A stretch of 64,000 nt of DNA, taken from contig NC_045138.2 of NCBI RefSeq assembly GCF_008831285.2, positions 4,030,001-4,094,000 of the forward strand, written 5' to 3'. Origin of the DNA: Nymphaea colorata (taxonomy: Eukaryota). Both the position numbers and the translations under genes were made by a program. Positions 37,814 to 52,225 of this stretch are shown here, one piece after another. Numbering within the stretch: the stretch's first letter is position 1; each line of letters starts with the position of its first letter. The notes under the pieces are model-generated. The model was not told where the DNA came from and made no database searches. It saw only the letters and a program-made list of their open reading frames with translations.

Positions 37814-40800
37814 ATGGCACTAGTAGTCGATGCAGTTGCAGAAATAGTTATTTCTAATCTCTTGGGGTCTGTAACCAGTTTATTGAAAGACAAGGTGGAC
37901 CTGATTTTGAACGCCAAAGATGAAATCAAGAAGCTCCTGAGGAAGCTTGAACGCTTGCAGAAGGCCCTTAAAGAAGTAGATCGCAAGCCCTTTTTCAGCA
38001 ACGAGCGCGATAAAGATCTGGAGGGAGAGCTGAAGGATGCTTTTTATGATGCCCAGGACATCATCCAGGAATACCTAACCATAATTGAGCTCAGCAAAAG
38101 GGATAAGGGTTCTATGTCTTCATGGAACAAGGTAAGAAAGCCCTGGATCACTCTGTGCTCTTGCTTTAAAGAACATGTATCTGCTTCCTACCAACTTGGA
38201 AATGAAGTTAGAAGGATCAACGAAAAGCTTGATGAAATAGAAAAAAATATTAAAACGATGGATTTTGTCAACACAACTCCAAAAGAGAGTAGTGGTGAGG
38301 GTCCTATGGGTGGTGTACGTGACAATCCTCGAGAGACAACCCATCACATAGGTACTGTTCAACCACACCTAGGCAGGGCGGACGATAAGGAGAAAGTAAA
38401 AGAACTCTTGTTTGATGGCTCTATAGAGAGTAGTGTCCTAGGAAAACGTGGTGTTTCTATTGTATCCATTGTAGGTCAAGGTGGGATTGGGAAAACCACT
38501 CTTGCAAAAATGATCTTTAAGGAAACCGAAGAACAGTTTGGGAAACGTAGGTGGTGGGTTTGTGTTTCGAAAAAACCAAACCGCACAGATTTGCTACAAA
38601 AGATACTAAAGGTCGTGTGCAAGGGATCAGAAAGAGAACTTGAGGGTGTCACTTCCTTAAGTGACTTATGTACACGACTCCAGAGTGAGCTTTCAAAGAG
38701 CAGGTTTTTGTTGGTCTTAGATGATATATGGGAATTAAGTTGGTGGGGTGGAGAGGTAGAGGACACCCTGAGGGGAGGTGCAAAGGAGAGCAAGATTTTG
38801 ATCACCAGTAGATACATAGAAGTCTCCCAAGGGATTGGTGCTAAAATGCATAAACTACCAGAAATGACTTTTGAAGAAAGTTGGAGCTTGTTTTTGGATG
38901 TGGCATTGAAAGAAGAAAATGAATTGGCGAGCCACAATTTGAAAGATATTGGGGAGAGGATAGTGGACAAGTGTGGTGGGTTGCCGCTTGTAGTCCAGAC
39001 TGTAGGGTCCTTAATGCGTACAAAAAGGATGACCGAAGATGCCTGGAATAGCGTTGAAAAGAGTGGGATCTGGGAATGGAGTATGCCTGCAGCCTCATCG
39101 TCTTCCTCTCAATATGGTGACATTCTTCCTGGTCTCATGCTGAGCTATGATGACTTGCCAGCGTCTTTGAAGAGTTGTTTTGTATATTGTTGCATTTATC
39201 CAAAGGATTATCAGATAGAAAGGGACTTATTGGCCATGCAATGGGTCGCGCATGGATTGATTGAGGAAAAGAAGGGCATGGATGTGGAAGTGACAGCGAA
39301 CCAATGTATTGATGATTTGATAAATAGGTGCATGATTGAAGAAACTGAAGAAGGGGATGTAAAACTGCATGACACTTTGCATGACCTTGCCTCATATATA
39401 GGTAGAAAGGAATATAGCCATGCCTCTCCTACTGAGCACACCCGCCATCTGTCATTGCTTGATATAGATGATGCAGAGATGCCCATGCATAATGTTTCAT
39501 TAGTAGCAAATAAGTTGCGCACATTGTTCTGTGCATCCTTGCCGTCGGAACACTTCACCAACATCAAGTGGTTGAGGGTATTGTCATTGGAGGAATGTGA
39601 AATGGATGAGCTGCCAAATTCCATTGAATGTCTTTCACTACTAAAGTATCTCAATCTAAGCTATTCTGACATGAAACGGTTGCCCAGTTCAATCGACAGA
39701 CTTTGGAACTTGCAAACGTTGGATTTAAGTTATAGTAAAATTGAAGAGGTGCCCGAGGAAATAGGTAAACTGTGCAACTTGAGGTATCTTGGGTTGGAAG
39801 GTACAGAGGAATTGAAATTTGTAGCCGAAGGCTTGGGGAAGCTTACCAATTTGCGGACCTTAAAAAGGTTTCTTTTATGCAATGACAAAGAGGATAGAAG
39901 AGGATGTAATATTAAGGAACTAAAAGACTTGAACAACCTAACGGGAAAATTGTCCATAGAAGGTTTGGGGGGTGCTAGAAAGGAAATCAATTTAGGAAAA
40001 GCCCAATTGCTTAAGGAGAAGCATCTTCTAACTGGTTTGAAGTTTGATTTTGAGGAACAACATGATGACAAAGTTGCTGATGCTTCTGAACAGAGTTGTA
40101 TGCTGGATGCTTTGGAACCTCCACATTGCCTCAAGAGCTTGAAAAACTAATAAGCATTACTTCATTGGAAAAACTAGAGCTCAATAAATGCCCAGCAGTG
40201 TGTGAAATAGCCAGCATGCCTTCTCTCAAATCCTTGAAGATTGGGAGCTGTGATGGACTCAACACAATTGGTCATGACATGCCTGCCTTGGAGTCATTGG
40301 AGGTGGACGGATGTGGTAGACTAGAGCAAGTAGCTGATGATCACATGCCAGCTTTGAAGATGTTGAATTTGACTAATCTGAAGGCTGTGAAGCAGCTTCC
40401 TACTCATCTTCCTTCACTTGAGGTACTGACAGTACAGGATTTGCCCAATTGGGAGGGGTGGCCAGCAATTGGATCGAGGGAAACAACAATTTCTATGCCA
40501 TGCTTAAGAGAGGCGGGTCTTGAAAATTGTCCAAAGGTGCAAACACAAGGCTTGCTTTATGCTCTATCCGAGCAGGAGCATGACTATGAGCCTCAGCTCC
40601 AAGAATTGAGAGTGTGGGATTGCCCAAGTGCAAGATTGGGATGGAAATTGCTCAAGCAATTGCCTAACCTCACTGACTTGAGATTGGATAGGGAAGCTTT
40701 GGAATCAACACTGCCATCGCCATTGCCATCAGAAGTATCAACGTTTCTACCCTCCCTTGAGCATCTAACTTTGACAGACGCGAATGTTGATAAGCTCAAA

Positions 40801-41151
40801 TGGGGAAGGGTGCCTGAGTGGGTGTGGGGTCTCACCCAACTAGATTCATTAGGCCTGCAAGGTTTCACTGAGGAGATCAGCTTGGGAGGCCACTGGCAGT
40901 GTCTACAAGAACTGGTGCGTCTGGAGCTTTATGACTTTCCCAATCTCAAGTCCCTGGTGGACATCAATAATACTACTTCCTTACAAAATGATGCAGTAGC
41001 CACAACAAGTCCCACGGATGCAAAGGAACAGCTTGCTTGCCTCTTGAATCTTGAAGACCTAGTTGTTTCCTGCTGCCCCGCAGTCGATCTGCCGCAAGAA
41101 TTAAGGGACTCTCTTGAGGACAGGTTACGCATAGAAACAGAAAGGGCTTGA
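37814..41151 (+). pseudogene. CC-NB-ARC-LRR gene (NLR3) with one frameshifting deletion in the LRR; 778-aa CC-NB-partial-LRR ORF at 37814-40150
   Basis: All NB-ARC motifs are intact. About 97 nt are missing relative to NLR2 near 40130-40160. The C-terminal LRR continues in another frame to TGA at 41149-41151. Confidence 0.92.
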
Positions 41152-41302
41152 GGTACTGTTGTATCATGTTGAGGTGCTGCTATATCACGTTCCTGAAATT
41201 TTTTAGTTCATTTTAATTGTCTGAAATGTGTGTGGTGTTTAAAATTGAAGACAGGTTGTAACTAATTGTTTGGTTAAATATGAATTTTCGCATTTCATCG
41301 GC

Positions 41303-41303
41303 T

Positions 41304-41364
<61 letters not shown>
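41303..41364. repeat. (CT)n microsatellite
   Basis: Directly visible. Confidence 0.95.
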
Positions 41365-41368
<4 letters not shown>

Positions 41369-42999
41369 CCAAGTCTGTTGGATCCGTATTTAAACCTGGA
41401 ACGTAACTAGCATAGAAGATCACTACCTATTGTATTGCCATAGACATTGCTTTCTAAGAAGGCATGTATTCAATCATACATGATTCACCAGCCTGTGTCT
41501 GAATGAAAATTTTTTAATTTATGTCACACCTTTTAATATTGTGATGAGTAAGGGGATCTCCAGTACATACCAGTACTTACTCTTCATTTGATTATGCCCA
41601 ATATCTCAATAAATTTCAAACTTGGACATAAATAAAATTGCTCCAAATCTTAGGATGTTAGTGAAGTGTTTGCCTCACAAAATCTAAAAGGTTCAAGACT
41701 TTCCTTTAATTTGGTTACTACACCTAATTAGAGGTTCATCTCATCTTAAACTTCTTATAGGAGTGTTCAATACAAAAAAAAAAAACATGTATTTACTGAT
41801 GCATGAAAAAGTATGCATCCCTAAAAATTCCTTTTTTGATGTTTATGTCCAAGTGTCAGTAAAAGGGATGCATTACTGATGGATACTGTATCTTTGTCAG
41901 TAAAAATTCATGCCTTTGGGAAGTTCCCAAGAAAAAAGTCGAACATTACTGGCGTTTCAAGGAAGAGTCAATAAAGATGTGTATCTATACGACGGATCTG
42001 CGCAAAGTGAATGTTTGATGGGTTTTTTTTTAATCTACAGCGGGGAAATGGTCACCGCTAGAGCTTAAAGTTCCATATAAGTCAATCATTACTGACGTGG
42101 CTCTTGAAGCACCTTATGTGTATGTGTGTGTGTGTGTGTGTGTAGAGCACCTTATATGTCCACACACATGATCTGCCAAGTTGCATGCCCATAGGAGGGG
42201 ATGAGCTTTAATTACTCCTCTCTTATGACCATAGCACCCAAATCTGCCTTGTCTGTGAGAGTACGCCTGTTTCATTGCAGTGTTCCTTTGTTTCTCAGTG
42301 TGTGTTTGTACACCTCTCCCATTGTAGTGGTCCTTTTTTCTTTGGCTCAAGTTTTCCTTTTTTTTTTTTTAACGGCTGTTTTTTCTCCTCAATAGCAAGC
42401 CTTTTTCTGGTGGGAAAAAGGAAAAGCATAATTTGCTAGGAAAGCACAACCATGCATGCAGCCTCTTTAATTTAAATATACGTTAATGTTGATAATTTGT
42501 TTTACCTTTTTGATTGAGATAATGAGTATTACAGCTCCAACTTACTCTGTTAAACTGGACTGTTTTCTTAAACAACTCAAGCTTGGCCTTAAATTAATCT
42601 TTGATTTTGTAAATAAGTCGCATGTATTATGGGCAACAGCAAGGAGCACCAAATTACTTAGAAAATTTTAAGTGATCTTGAGCTTGTTAGTCCTAATGGA
42701 TTAATGCAAGAGTGGTTTTATTTTTACCTTGTTATAATTCAAGAATATACATGCTGAGTCCATGATTCTTAGTTGTTGCTCGATGTTTTAATTCACTACA
42801 TAAAACTGTAGTTTTATTGATGTGCGAAAAATGTCAGCAAAAATACAGAAACCATCAGTAAACGTATTACTGACAGCACAAGAAATCTGCCACTGTATAT
42901 GATGTGCTGAATCTTTCATTGATAGTTTTGCAGTTCATCAATATATGTCCACTTATACTGGCAGATTTGGATGTCAGTGTATTCCCATATGAGGGGATG

Positions 43000-44425
43000 G
43001 GCTTAAAGCGTATATGTTTGCTGCAAATGATACTGGAGTATGCATGGGAGAACTTGAGGGTATCACTTTGTTGAATGACTTGTCCACACGACAAGAGAGT
43101 GACCTCTGAAAAGAGCAAGTCTTTTTTTTTTTTTTTTTTGGTCTTTAGATGATATATGGGAATTAGATTGGTGGTGGGGAGAGTACAGGACATCCTGACG
43201 GGTATGACTAAAATGCATAAATTATCGGAAAATGACTTTTGATTAATGTGGGAGATTGTTTCTAGATGTGCCATTGAAAGTGGAAAATGAATTGGTGACT
43301 CACAAATTGAAAGGCATTGGGAAGAGTATAGACAAGTGTGGTGGGTTGCCGCTTGTAGTCCAGACCATAATGTCCTCAATGCGTACGAAAAGGATGACGG
43401 AAGACAACTGTAAAAGCGTTGAGAATAGTGGGATATAGGAATGGAAGATGCCTGCCCCATAGTCTTCCACCCAATATGGAGGCATTGTTACTGGTTTCAT
43501 GCTGAGCTGTGATGACTTGTCAGCATCTTTTGCAGACTTGTTTTGTCCAGTACTGCATTTATCCAAAAGGATTGTGAGATAGAAATTGAGAGATTGATCA
43601 TGGAATGGGTGGCGCATAGATTGATTAATCAAAAGAAAGGCTCTGATGTGGAAGTGAGAGCAATCCAATGTATTGATGATCTGATAAATGGGTGTTTGAC
43701 TGAAGAAACTGAATATAAGAAAATCAAATTGCATGACATTTTGCATGACCTTGCCTCATATATAGGTAGAAGGGAATATAGGTCTTTGTGTTAAAGGAAA
43801 CAAATGCACAACGTCCAGGTCAATGACCATATCGTAGCTGGCTGCCATCTTACCATAAGACGTCCATTCATCTCAACTCTCTCAACTTCAACATGCTTCA
43901 AATATCATTAAGAAAACCTTGACATGTAGAGGAAAGGAGAGCTCTTTCCTTAATGCTGTAAATATTTCCATTGTAATTGACTGTTGTAAAGTTGTTGTAT
44001 ATAATCTCTTGGATTTTTTAGTAAATAACAAGTGAAGTTTTCCATTGAGAATTTTTCTTTCCAGTTCCCCTTTATCGTGCCCTTGTGCATGAGTAAAGCT
44101 GTTCACAGTCTGCTACTGAGCAGACCCGCCATCTGTCATTACTTGCTGTAGATGATGCAGAAGCAGCCATGCCTAATGCCTCGGCGGCAGCAAATATGTT
44201 GCGAACATTGTTGAGTTGCAATATTAGGGACCTAAAAGGACTTGACCAACCTAAAGGGGAAACTGTCCATAGAATTTGGGGAGGGTTAGAAAGGAAATTA
44301 ATACAGGAAAAGCACAATTGCTCAAGGAGAAGCATCTTCCAACCCATTTGACATTAGACTTTAAGGACCAAGATGACGACAAAGTCGCCAATGCTTCTGA
44401 ACATAGTAGCATATTTGAAGCTTAG
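43000..44425 (+). pseudogene. Heavily degenerate NLR remnant (NB-ARC after the P-loop plus LRR pieces)
   Basis: DKCGGLPLVVQT, IKLHDILHDLASYIG and MPNASAAANMLRTLL fused to CNIRDLK. Many indels, with a non-NLR insert at ~43785-44105. Confidence 0.85.
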
Positions 44426-44507
44426 GTAGCCTTTGCTCCGATGGCAGACTCCCCATACACACATACACAGAAACGATAGACTCCCCATACATACACACAC
44501 AGAAAAT

Positions 44508-44539
<32 letters not shown>

Positions 44540-45683
44540 CGGGACGATGATCGACAATGATATTCCTGATGGTTAAAAAAAACAAAAACACCTCTATGTT
44601 TCCGGTAAGAGAGAGAGTGACCTGCCTTCAAACCCTCTATATCGAGCTAAAATGGACGACAATTGGCAGACGGACACACCCATTTTTATCACGCTCAACC
44701 AAAAGGAAACAAGGATAAAAACCCTCTGCATTGTGGGGGAATGTAGGTCTGTTGATGCAAACCCTCTGGGCCACGCAGAGGGTTTTCCTTTAAAACCCTC
44801 CATGGGAGGGAGAGAGATAGAGAGATTTCACTAAAAAAGCGGGTATTTATAACTCACTCGTGGAAAAAGTCGTGACAGTAAAGAGAAATCATTACTCACG
44901 TAGAGTGAATCCCTATCACTTGTTTCCTTTTTTTTAGCGCACATATGGAGAAGGCTATAGCGGTGAACTTGCTTACCAGTACAGCTTTATTGCAGCGAAA
45001 ACGAGCATGGATCCGTATAATTGAACGTTCGTCGTCTTTTTTTCCGTTCTGTGAAGAAGCGTCTACCTGTGAGTGTAATTACCGGTACGGGTCTATGGAA
45101 TAAGAACTATCATCATCCTAAGTATATGTCGTAAAGGTCGATCATTACTGACGTCTTCTTTGAAACGTCCATAAACATACAGAAAATTAGCCAATTGTAG
45201 TTTTTCTGTGACGTTACTTTCCATTTGTCTTCAGTAGCATTTTTCCGCGGACAGTACTAAGATATTCAATCTTTAGTGACATTTTCCAAAAAAAAAAGAT
45301 TAGTAAACATCTCATTTTCCTTGGCTTTCAATGACGTTTTTTTTAAATGTCAATAAAGGTGATAACCTTTGGTGACATTGCTCGTCAACACTAGTAAAAA
45401 TTTCAAATTTTTGATCTCCCACACTTGTTATTTTAATTTTCAAAAGTCTAATCATTAGTGGTGTCATACTTCGCATCAGTAAATGTTTTAAATTTCCTCC
45501 AATATCTTTTCTCGCCTATATTTTAAACTTTTATTAGTGACACGAACACATTTGCGCACGTACAAATCTGGCTGCCTTATTAAAATATATGTGCCTACTC
45601 ATTCTCATATTGTCTCTCTTCCTCCTTTCTACCCGCTCAAAGGTTTCCCCCCTCTCCCTCTCCCTTCCTTCTCTCTCTCTCTC

Positions 45684-45733
<50 letters not shown>

Positions 45734-47032
45734 ATGCCTAGTTTTTTATGCTTATGTTCATTTTAAATTATTGCAAAAAAGAGGATGCCAATTGCCACTT
45801 CAATTATGGATGCTAAAATTTGTCGTGATCAGTAGCTTTTATTTTCTTCTTTTCTTATTTGTCATTTTCTTATTCTTATTAATTTTATAGAACATTAAGA
45901 CATTAAAACAAATAATTTCCTTTTTAAAAAATGAATAACAGTCTCGAAAAAGCCCACTATCAATATGTTCTTGGTTAGTCCGCTGGGATTTGCATGACTG
46001 ACTGTTATTGGGCTATCCTGATCATAAAATCCAAATTCAAAGACATATTTAAATCCAAATTCAAGGACATATTTAAATCCAAATTCAATGACGTATTTAA
46101 ATTGTGTAGCAATACCCTGATCACGTGGATGAGTTGGATTTCACCTTCATAATAGCTTTGGTCTAATTGGAAACAAACAACCAAAAAAAAAAACAAAAGA
46201 GAGTACCAAATTTAGATCCGAATAGCTACCTAATTAATCAGATGTATACATATACTCAATCTGAAAAAGGTGTGCTGAGCCATGCACAAGTGGACAAGTT
46301 AACTGTTAGGTATGACAAAAATGAAAATTAAAAAAAACAGATTTTGTAAATATCAGTATTGGCTACAATATACAATTGACAAACAATGCGGCGCATTTTT
46401 TCGAGAAAAACTTCAAATAGAAAATTCAAGATCGGTTAGAGAGATCACGTGCCACTAGTTCGTCTTCATTTTAATAGCATTCACATTCCATTGGCTTACT
46501 TACCCCTGCATGAGCTTGCGTCGCCTCTATTTTTTCTTTCCCTTAATTGTCGGATTTTTTCTTTCCAGATGATGTAGAGATTTTTTTCGGGATTATTTAG
46601 CAGCAATCATGGATCTTGCCAAGCTGTAGAGAATGTGGTCCTGTCGATTCACCACAATCCAAATTAAGTGGTGGGCAGGTTAAACTTCCAATGCCCACTG
46701 ATGGGATGATTCTTTCGTATAAAATCAACAACTAGGAATTAAACAAACGGGGAGACCTGCTGCGCTTGTGTATAGAGAGCGAAAGAAGGCTAAGAGAGAT
46801 CAACATTGTTTTCGACAATATATATATATATTCTCTCTCTCTCTCTCTTAAGTCCAACGTATTTGTTCACAATTATTAACTTAGTTTACCTACCAATTTA
46901 TTCTCAAGATAATATCTAAAAGATTAGAATATTGTTTTCAAAAAATGTTTTGAACGTTGTATTTTAATATAAGAAATTCTTTGGGTTCAACCATCGTTGG
47001 TCACGTGCTTTTGCTTCTCTCTTTTTCTCTCC

Positions 47033-47081
<49 letters not shown>

Positions 47082-47814
47082 GATACATATATATATATAT
47101 ATTGGTAAAAAACAAACCACTTGGATAAAGACAAATATCATACCTCTTAAAATTACTTGTAAATTATTATTTTTCCCAAACCTTATAGATATGATATTGA
47201 GAGCTATTTGATGAGAAACATATATTAAGTTCATAATTTTCTTACATTAATTATGTTTTTTAATAGTAAACCGTTCTTTAGAGAGAGAAAGACAAGGAGA
47301 GAAATCAGAGAGACGGAGGAAGATTAATAAAGAGAGAGAAAATGAAATGTTAAGAAAAAAATCCAAGGAAGAGAGAGAGAGAAAGATACCTAAGAGAAGT
47401 GGGGAGTGATTGATAAAAGAGAGAGAACAAGAGAATTTGAGAGAGGAATAAAAAAGAGAGAAAGAGAGATATATTAATCTTGCCGAAAATTCGAGACAGC
47501 CACTCCAGCTAAGGTCAATTAATCTTCATTGCGCTATAAGGATTAATCGCTCTCTCAATATAATTTTATAATTTAAAATCATTTTTCTGGTGTATTTAAG
47601 TGGAGCTGGTTATGTACGTCATCCATGTGTCTGCAATTTCACATGTCATTTAATAATGACAAAAAAAATACCTGTGATTAATACAAAAAGATGTTTTTTT
47701 TAGGACAACAAAGGAAACCACAAAAATAAGATTTGAGGATTCAATAAAGGTAAAATTTGTCAGTTTGTATATAAATATTGTTATAAAACAGTAAAAACAT
47801 TATTTTGCCCCGCT

Positions 47815-48095
47815 CATAGCATTATCTCATTTCTCGTAAATATTTTATTATCTCATAAACATTATCTCATACTTATGTTTCATGTTATCTCATACATGTG
47901 TCTAATCATTATCTCATAAATATTTTATTATCTCATAAACATTATCTTTAATGTTATCTCATACATTCATCCGTTAACTTCAATACGAATCTTAATGATG
48001 TTTCGATTAATTGAATCTATTTATCTTTAATGTTATCTCATACATTCATCCGTTAACTTCAATACGAATCTTAATGATGTTTCGATTAATTGAGT
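47815..48095. repeat. TTATCTCATA-motif repeats ending in a 79-bp tandem duplication
   Basis: TTATCTTTAATGTTATCTCATACATTCATCCGTTAACTTCAATACGAATC.. occurs at 47942 and 48021. Confidence 0.85.
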
Positions 48096-48998
48096 CTGAT
48101 AAAGAAAAACAAATTGAATTGTCTCTTATCATCTCTTATCACGTTTCCAAGTGAGTGGGAGAAACCCACTGCAGAGTGTTGGAGCTCCTACGCAATCCCT
48201 TATCATCTTAAAGTGCATGACCTATGGTTCAGGGTGTGTTTCAACTTGCACATATGTGAACACCCACCCACACCCGCTCCCCCACCCCTTCCCTTCTTTT
48301 TTTTGCAGCATAGGAAGTTGAAGCCTTGGACATAGGAATTGTGCCAATCCCTTGAACAAATCTTTGATCATATTGGGTTCAGGATTTTGCATCAGAATCC
48401 AATTAATGCCCAATTCAGATCCATTTTCTTGTATTGCTTTTTTTCTTGTGTTATTGCATCAAAAAACCCAACTTCTTGTGAAAGTGAACACCTCATGTGG
48501 GAAAGTGATTTCACTTTTCCATGGGCATGATTCTTTTTCTAGTAGACATCCTCTAGGCATCCTCATTTTTCACAATGGCTTCACGAACATTGTAGGGAAG
48601 ATGTTTTTTTTCTTTTCATATGAAAATGTCACCCGTTTTGATAGAAAAGTGGGAATCCTAAACCCAATATGATCAAAGACGGGTTTCAAAGGGGGTTGGC
48701 ACAATGACTTGGTTGAGTATGGTCGCTACAAATTAAATGTCAGATGCGTCAACTTCCTATGCTGCAAAAAATGCAGAAAGGGGGGCGAGGGAGTCGGTGT
48801 GGGCGTGTGTTCACGTATGTGCAAGTTGAAACACACAATGAATTGAAAGTGGGTCATGTACCTTATGATGATAAGGGCATCAGTAGGAGCTTCAACACTC
48901 TGCAGTGGGTTTCTCCCACTCACCTGAAAACATGATTGGAGACAGTTCAATTTGGTTTTCTTTGTCAGATCTGATTAATCTGAAAGATTCGTATTAAG
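48057..48998. repeat. Long inverted repeat (foldback): ~330-bp arms, ~270-bp spacer
   Basis: 48057-48386 is the imperfect reverse complement of 48654-48998; 48151-48191 vs 48883-48923 match at 40/41. Confidence 0.9.
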
Positions 48999-49006
48999 AT
49001 TTGTTG

Positions 49007-49059
<53 letters not shown>

Positions 49060-49418
49060 GTAGTGTTAGAGGGTTAGTTATAATCCTCAAGACAAACTAC
49101 CAATCTAATGAAGAACAAGAACACAAATTGAATGAAAAAGAAGGAAACATGTACAAAGGAAAGCAAAATAATAGGATTTTCAATTAATCATCTTCACCCT
49201 CTTGCGAATGAACTAGCAACACTTCCTTTAAATAGAGCTTCCTAATTGATTGGGTCTTGGACCTGGAACTAAAATAATAATGTCCAAGCTCAATTAATAA
49301 ACGAAAACTTATAAAAGATCCAATAAAACTAAAATAGAATGGATCCATTCTAAGATCCGGGCTGGGTGAACTGCTCCTGCATCATTGTTCCATTCTTGGA
49401 TCAGATCTGAGTGAAATG

Positions 49419-49810
<392 letters not shown>

Positions 49811-50780
49811 ATGGTGGATTAATTTCCCTGCCCTGAGCACGTGGTCATGCCACAGTCCAATTTAAGCAGTGGGCTGGTCAAACTTCGTCTTTCATATAAA
49901 ATCAGCAACTAGAAATTAAAGAAAGGGGGAGACCTGCTGTACTTATATACAGAGAGAGATAGAAAGAGAGAGAGGGAGAGGAGGCCAAGAAATATCAATA
50001 TTGTTGACAATAAAAAAATTGTATTGTCACTATATATATGTGTGTGTGTGTGTGTACACACACCTATTGTCATGCCAATCTTACTATTATGACAATTAAA
50101 GTTGGATCTTGTTAATGGATTCAATATGTACTTTTGCAACCAAGTCCAAATTTGACTTTGAAGTCCAGCAAATTATTTGTAGCTACTAATTGGTCATACC
50201 CAAGATCGAAATAAAATTGAATAGAAGATTGTATACGCAAATTGTTTTTACATAATGAAATCTGACAAACGAACGATTAACAAGAAACCTGACGAGGATG
50301 AAAAAGAAAACTTAAAGAGATGCAGAAGGTTTGGGTTGGGAGATCTTTCCACCAGATTTATTAATTAGCAGCATATAAACTAACTAATTTAATTTCTTAT
50401 TTAGCACACAACTTAATAAAAAAATGCATAATTGAGCATTTTTCTCATGTGCTTCAGTATTACAAACATGTTTCATCACATTGAAGAGAAAAACAGGTGA
50501 CACGACTACTAAGGGGAAAATTCATGTGAACCACAGAAACATGGAGGATGAGAGAAAGAGCCGTCCATGGAACTGACAAAAGAGCGTGGAAGCCGAGCGC
50601 TGGATGTCTTTTTATATTATTGTCTAAGCTAAAGGGAGTAAGAGAACTGTGCATCTGCTCTCTACCCATATGATGGTGCTAATTGTCAACGGTAATTGTG
50701 GCAGGGTGGTCTTTATATTTCCCCACCTGAAAATTGCTTCTCTTCCTCTTGCTTTTCCATCGACAGAGAAACCGGGGAAG

Positions 50781-52061
50781 ATGGCAATAGCAATTGACGC
50801 ACTTGCGGCGACAGCTATTTCTAATCTGTTGAGGGCTGTAACCAGTTTGTTGAAATACGATGCGGACCTCATCTTGAATGCCAAAGACGATCTCACGCAG
50901 CTCCAGAGCAAGCTCAAGCACTTGCTGAAGACCCTCAAAGACACAGATCACAAGCCCTTTTCCAGCAGCGAGCAGGAGGAAAATGTGTCTGGAGAGCTGG
51001 AGGACGTTATTTATGATGCCCAGGACATCATCGAAGAATACCGAACCATAATTGAGCTCAGCAAAGGGGAGAACTTAGTAATTGCGTTATGGAACAAGGT
51101 AAAAGAACCCTGGATCACTCTATGCTCTTGCTTTAATCAACATGTATATGCTAATCCCTACCAACTTGGAACTAATATTAAAAAGATCAACCAAAGGCTT
51201 GAAGAAATAGCGAAAGATAGTAAAATGGTATATCTGCCCAACACAGCACCAAAAGAGAGTAGTGGAGAGGGTCCTCAAGAGAAAAACCATCACATTGATA
51301 CTGCACAACCACCCATAGGCAGAGCCGAGGATAAGAAGAAAATAAAAGAACTCTTGTTTGACGTCTTTCAAGAGAGTACTGTGGGAAAACATGGTGTTTC
51401 TGTTGTATGTATTGTAGGTCAATGCGGGATTGGGAAAACTACTCTAGCAGAAATGGTCTTTAATGATGTTGAAGAACAGTTTGGGAAACGCAGGTGGTGG
51501 GTTAGTGTTTCAGAGAAGCCAAACTGCATGGGTCTGTTGCAAAACATACTAAAGGAAGTATGCAAGGGATCGGAAAGCGAACTTGAGGGTATCGCTTTCT
51601 TGAATGACTTGTGCACACATTTACAGAACGAGCTCTCAAAAAGCAAGTTTTTGTTAGTCTTAGATGATGTATGGGAATTAGATTGGTGGCTGCCAGAGGT
51701 AGAGGATGCTCTGATGGGTGGTGCAAAAGAAAGCAAGATTTTGATCACCAGTAGAAAGGAAGAAGTCTCCCAATGGATTGGTGGTAAAATGTATAAATTA
51801 CCAGAAATGGTTTTCGCTGAAACTTGGAGATTGTTTCTGGATGTGGTATTGAAAGAAGAAAATGAATTGGTGAGTCACAATTTGAAAGTGATTGGGGAGA
51901 GGATAGTGACCAAGTGTGGTGGATTGCCGCTTATGGTCCAAAAAGTGGGGTGCTTGCTTCGTGCAAAAATGATGACAAGCGATGACTGGGAAACGGTTGA
52001 GAATAGTGAGATCTGGCAATGGGCAATGTCAGCCCCATCTTCCATTGATACAATTCTTTGA
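50781..52061 (+). CDS. Truncated CC-NB NLR (426 aa); distal NB-ARC and LRR deleted; possibly a pseudogene
   Basis: ATG context GGAAGATGGCA matches NLR1 and NLR3. Contains YDAQDII, P-loop GQCGIGKTT, LVLDDVWE and GLPL, and ends before RNBS-D. Confidence 0.82.
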   Translation: MAIAIDALAATAISNLLRAVTSLLKYDADLILNAKDDLTQLQSKLKHLLKTLKDTDHKPFSSSEQEENVSGELEDVIYDAQDIIEEYRTIIELSKGENLVIALWNKVKEPWITLCSCFNQHVYANPYQLGTNIKKINQRLEEIAKDSKMVYLPNTAPKESSGEGPQEKNHHIDTAQPPIGRAEDKKKIKELLFDVFQESTVGKHGVSVVCIVGQCGIGKTTLAEMVFNDVEEQFGKRRWWVSVSEKPNCMGLLQNILKEVCKGSESELEGIAFLNDLCTHLQNELSKSKFLLVLDDVWELDWWLPEVEDALMGGAKESKILITSRKEEVSQWIGGKMYKLPEMVFAETWRLFLDVVLKEENELVSHNLKVIGERIVTKCGGLPLMVQKVGCLLRAKMMTSDDWETVENSEIWQWAMSAPSSIDTIL

Positions 52062-52069
52062 CAGACACG

Positions 52070-52225
52070 AACATTTATGGCTTCCCTAATCTCTAGTCTT
52101 GGTGGACGTCAATAATATTACTCCCCAACAAAATGATGTACCAGCCACATGTCCCACAGATGCAAAGGAACAGATTGCCTGCCTCTCGAAGCTTGATCAA
52201 TCGTTGATAATTTACAGATGTCATG
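52070..52225 (+). pseudogene. C-terminal coding remnant of the 50781 NLR, joined directly after the deletion
   Basis: TTCCCTAATCTC..GGTGGACGTCAATAATATTACTCCCCAACAAAATGAT..GATGCAAAGGAACAGATTGCCTGCCTC aligns with NLR3 40936-41045. Confidence 0.85.

Noticed and set aside
49056..49064. ATGTAGTG as the right TIR of the CACTA end at 42794
   Set aside because: Only 8 bp match, and the 3-bp flanks differ (ATT vs TTA).
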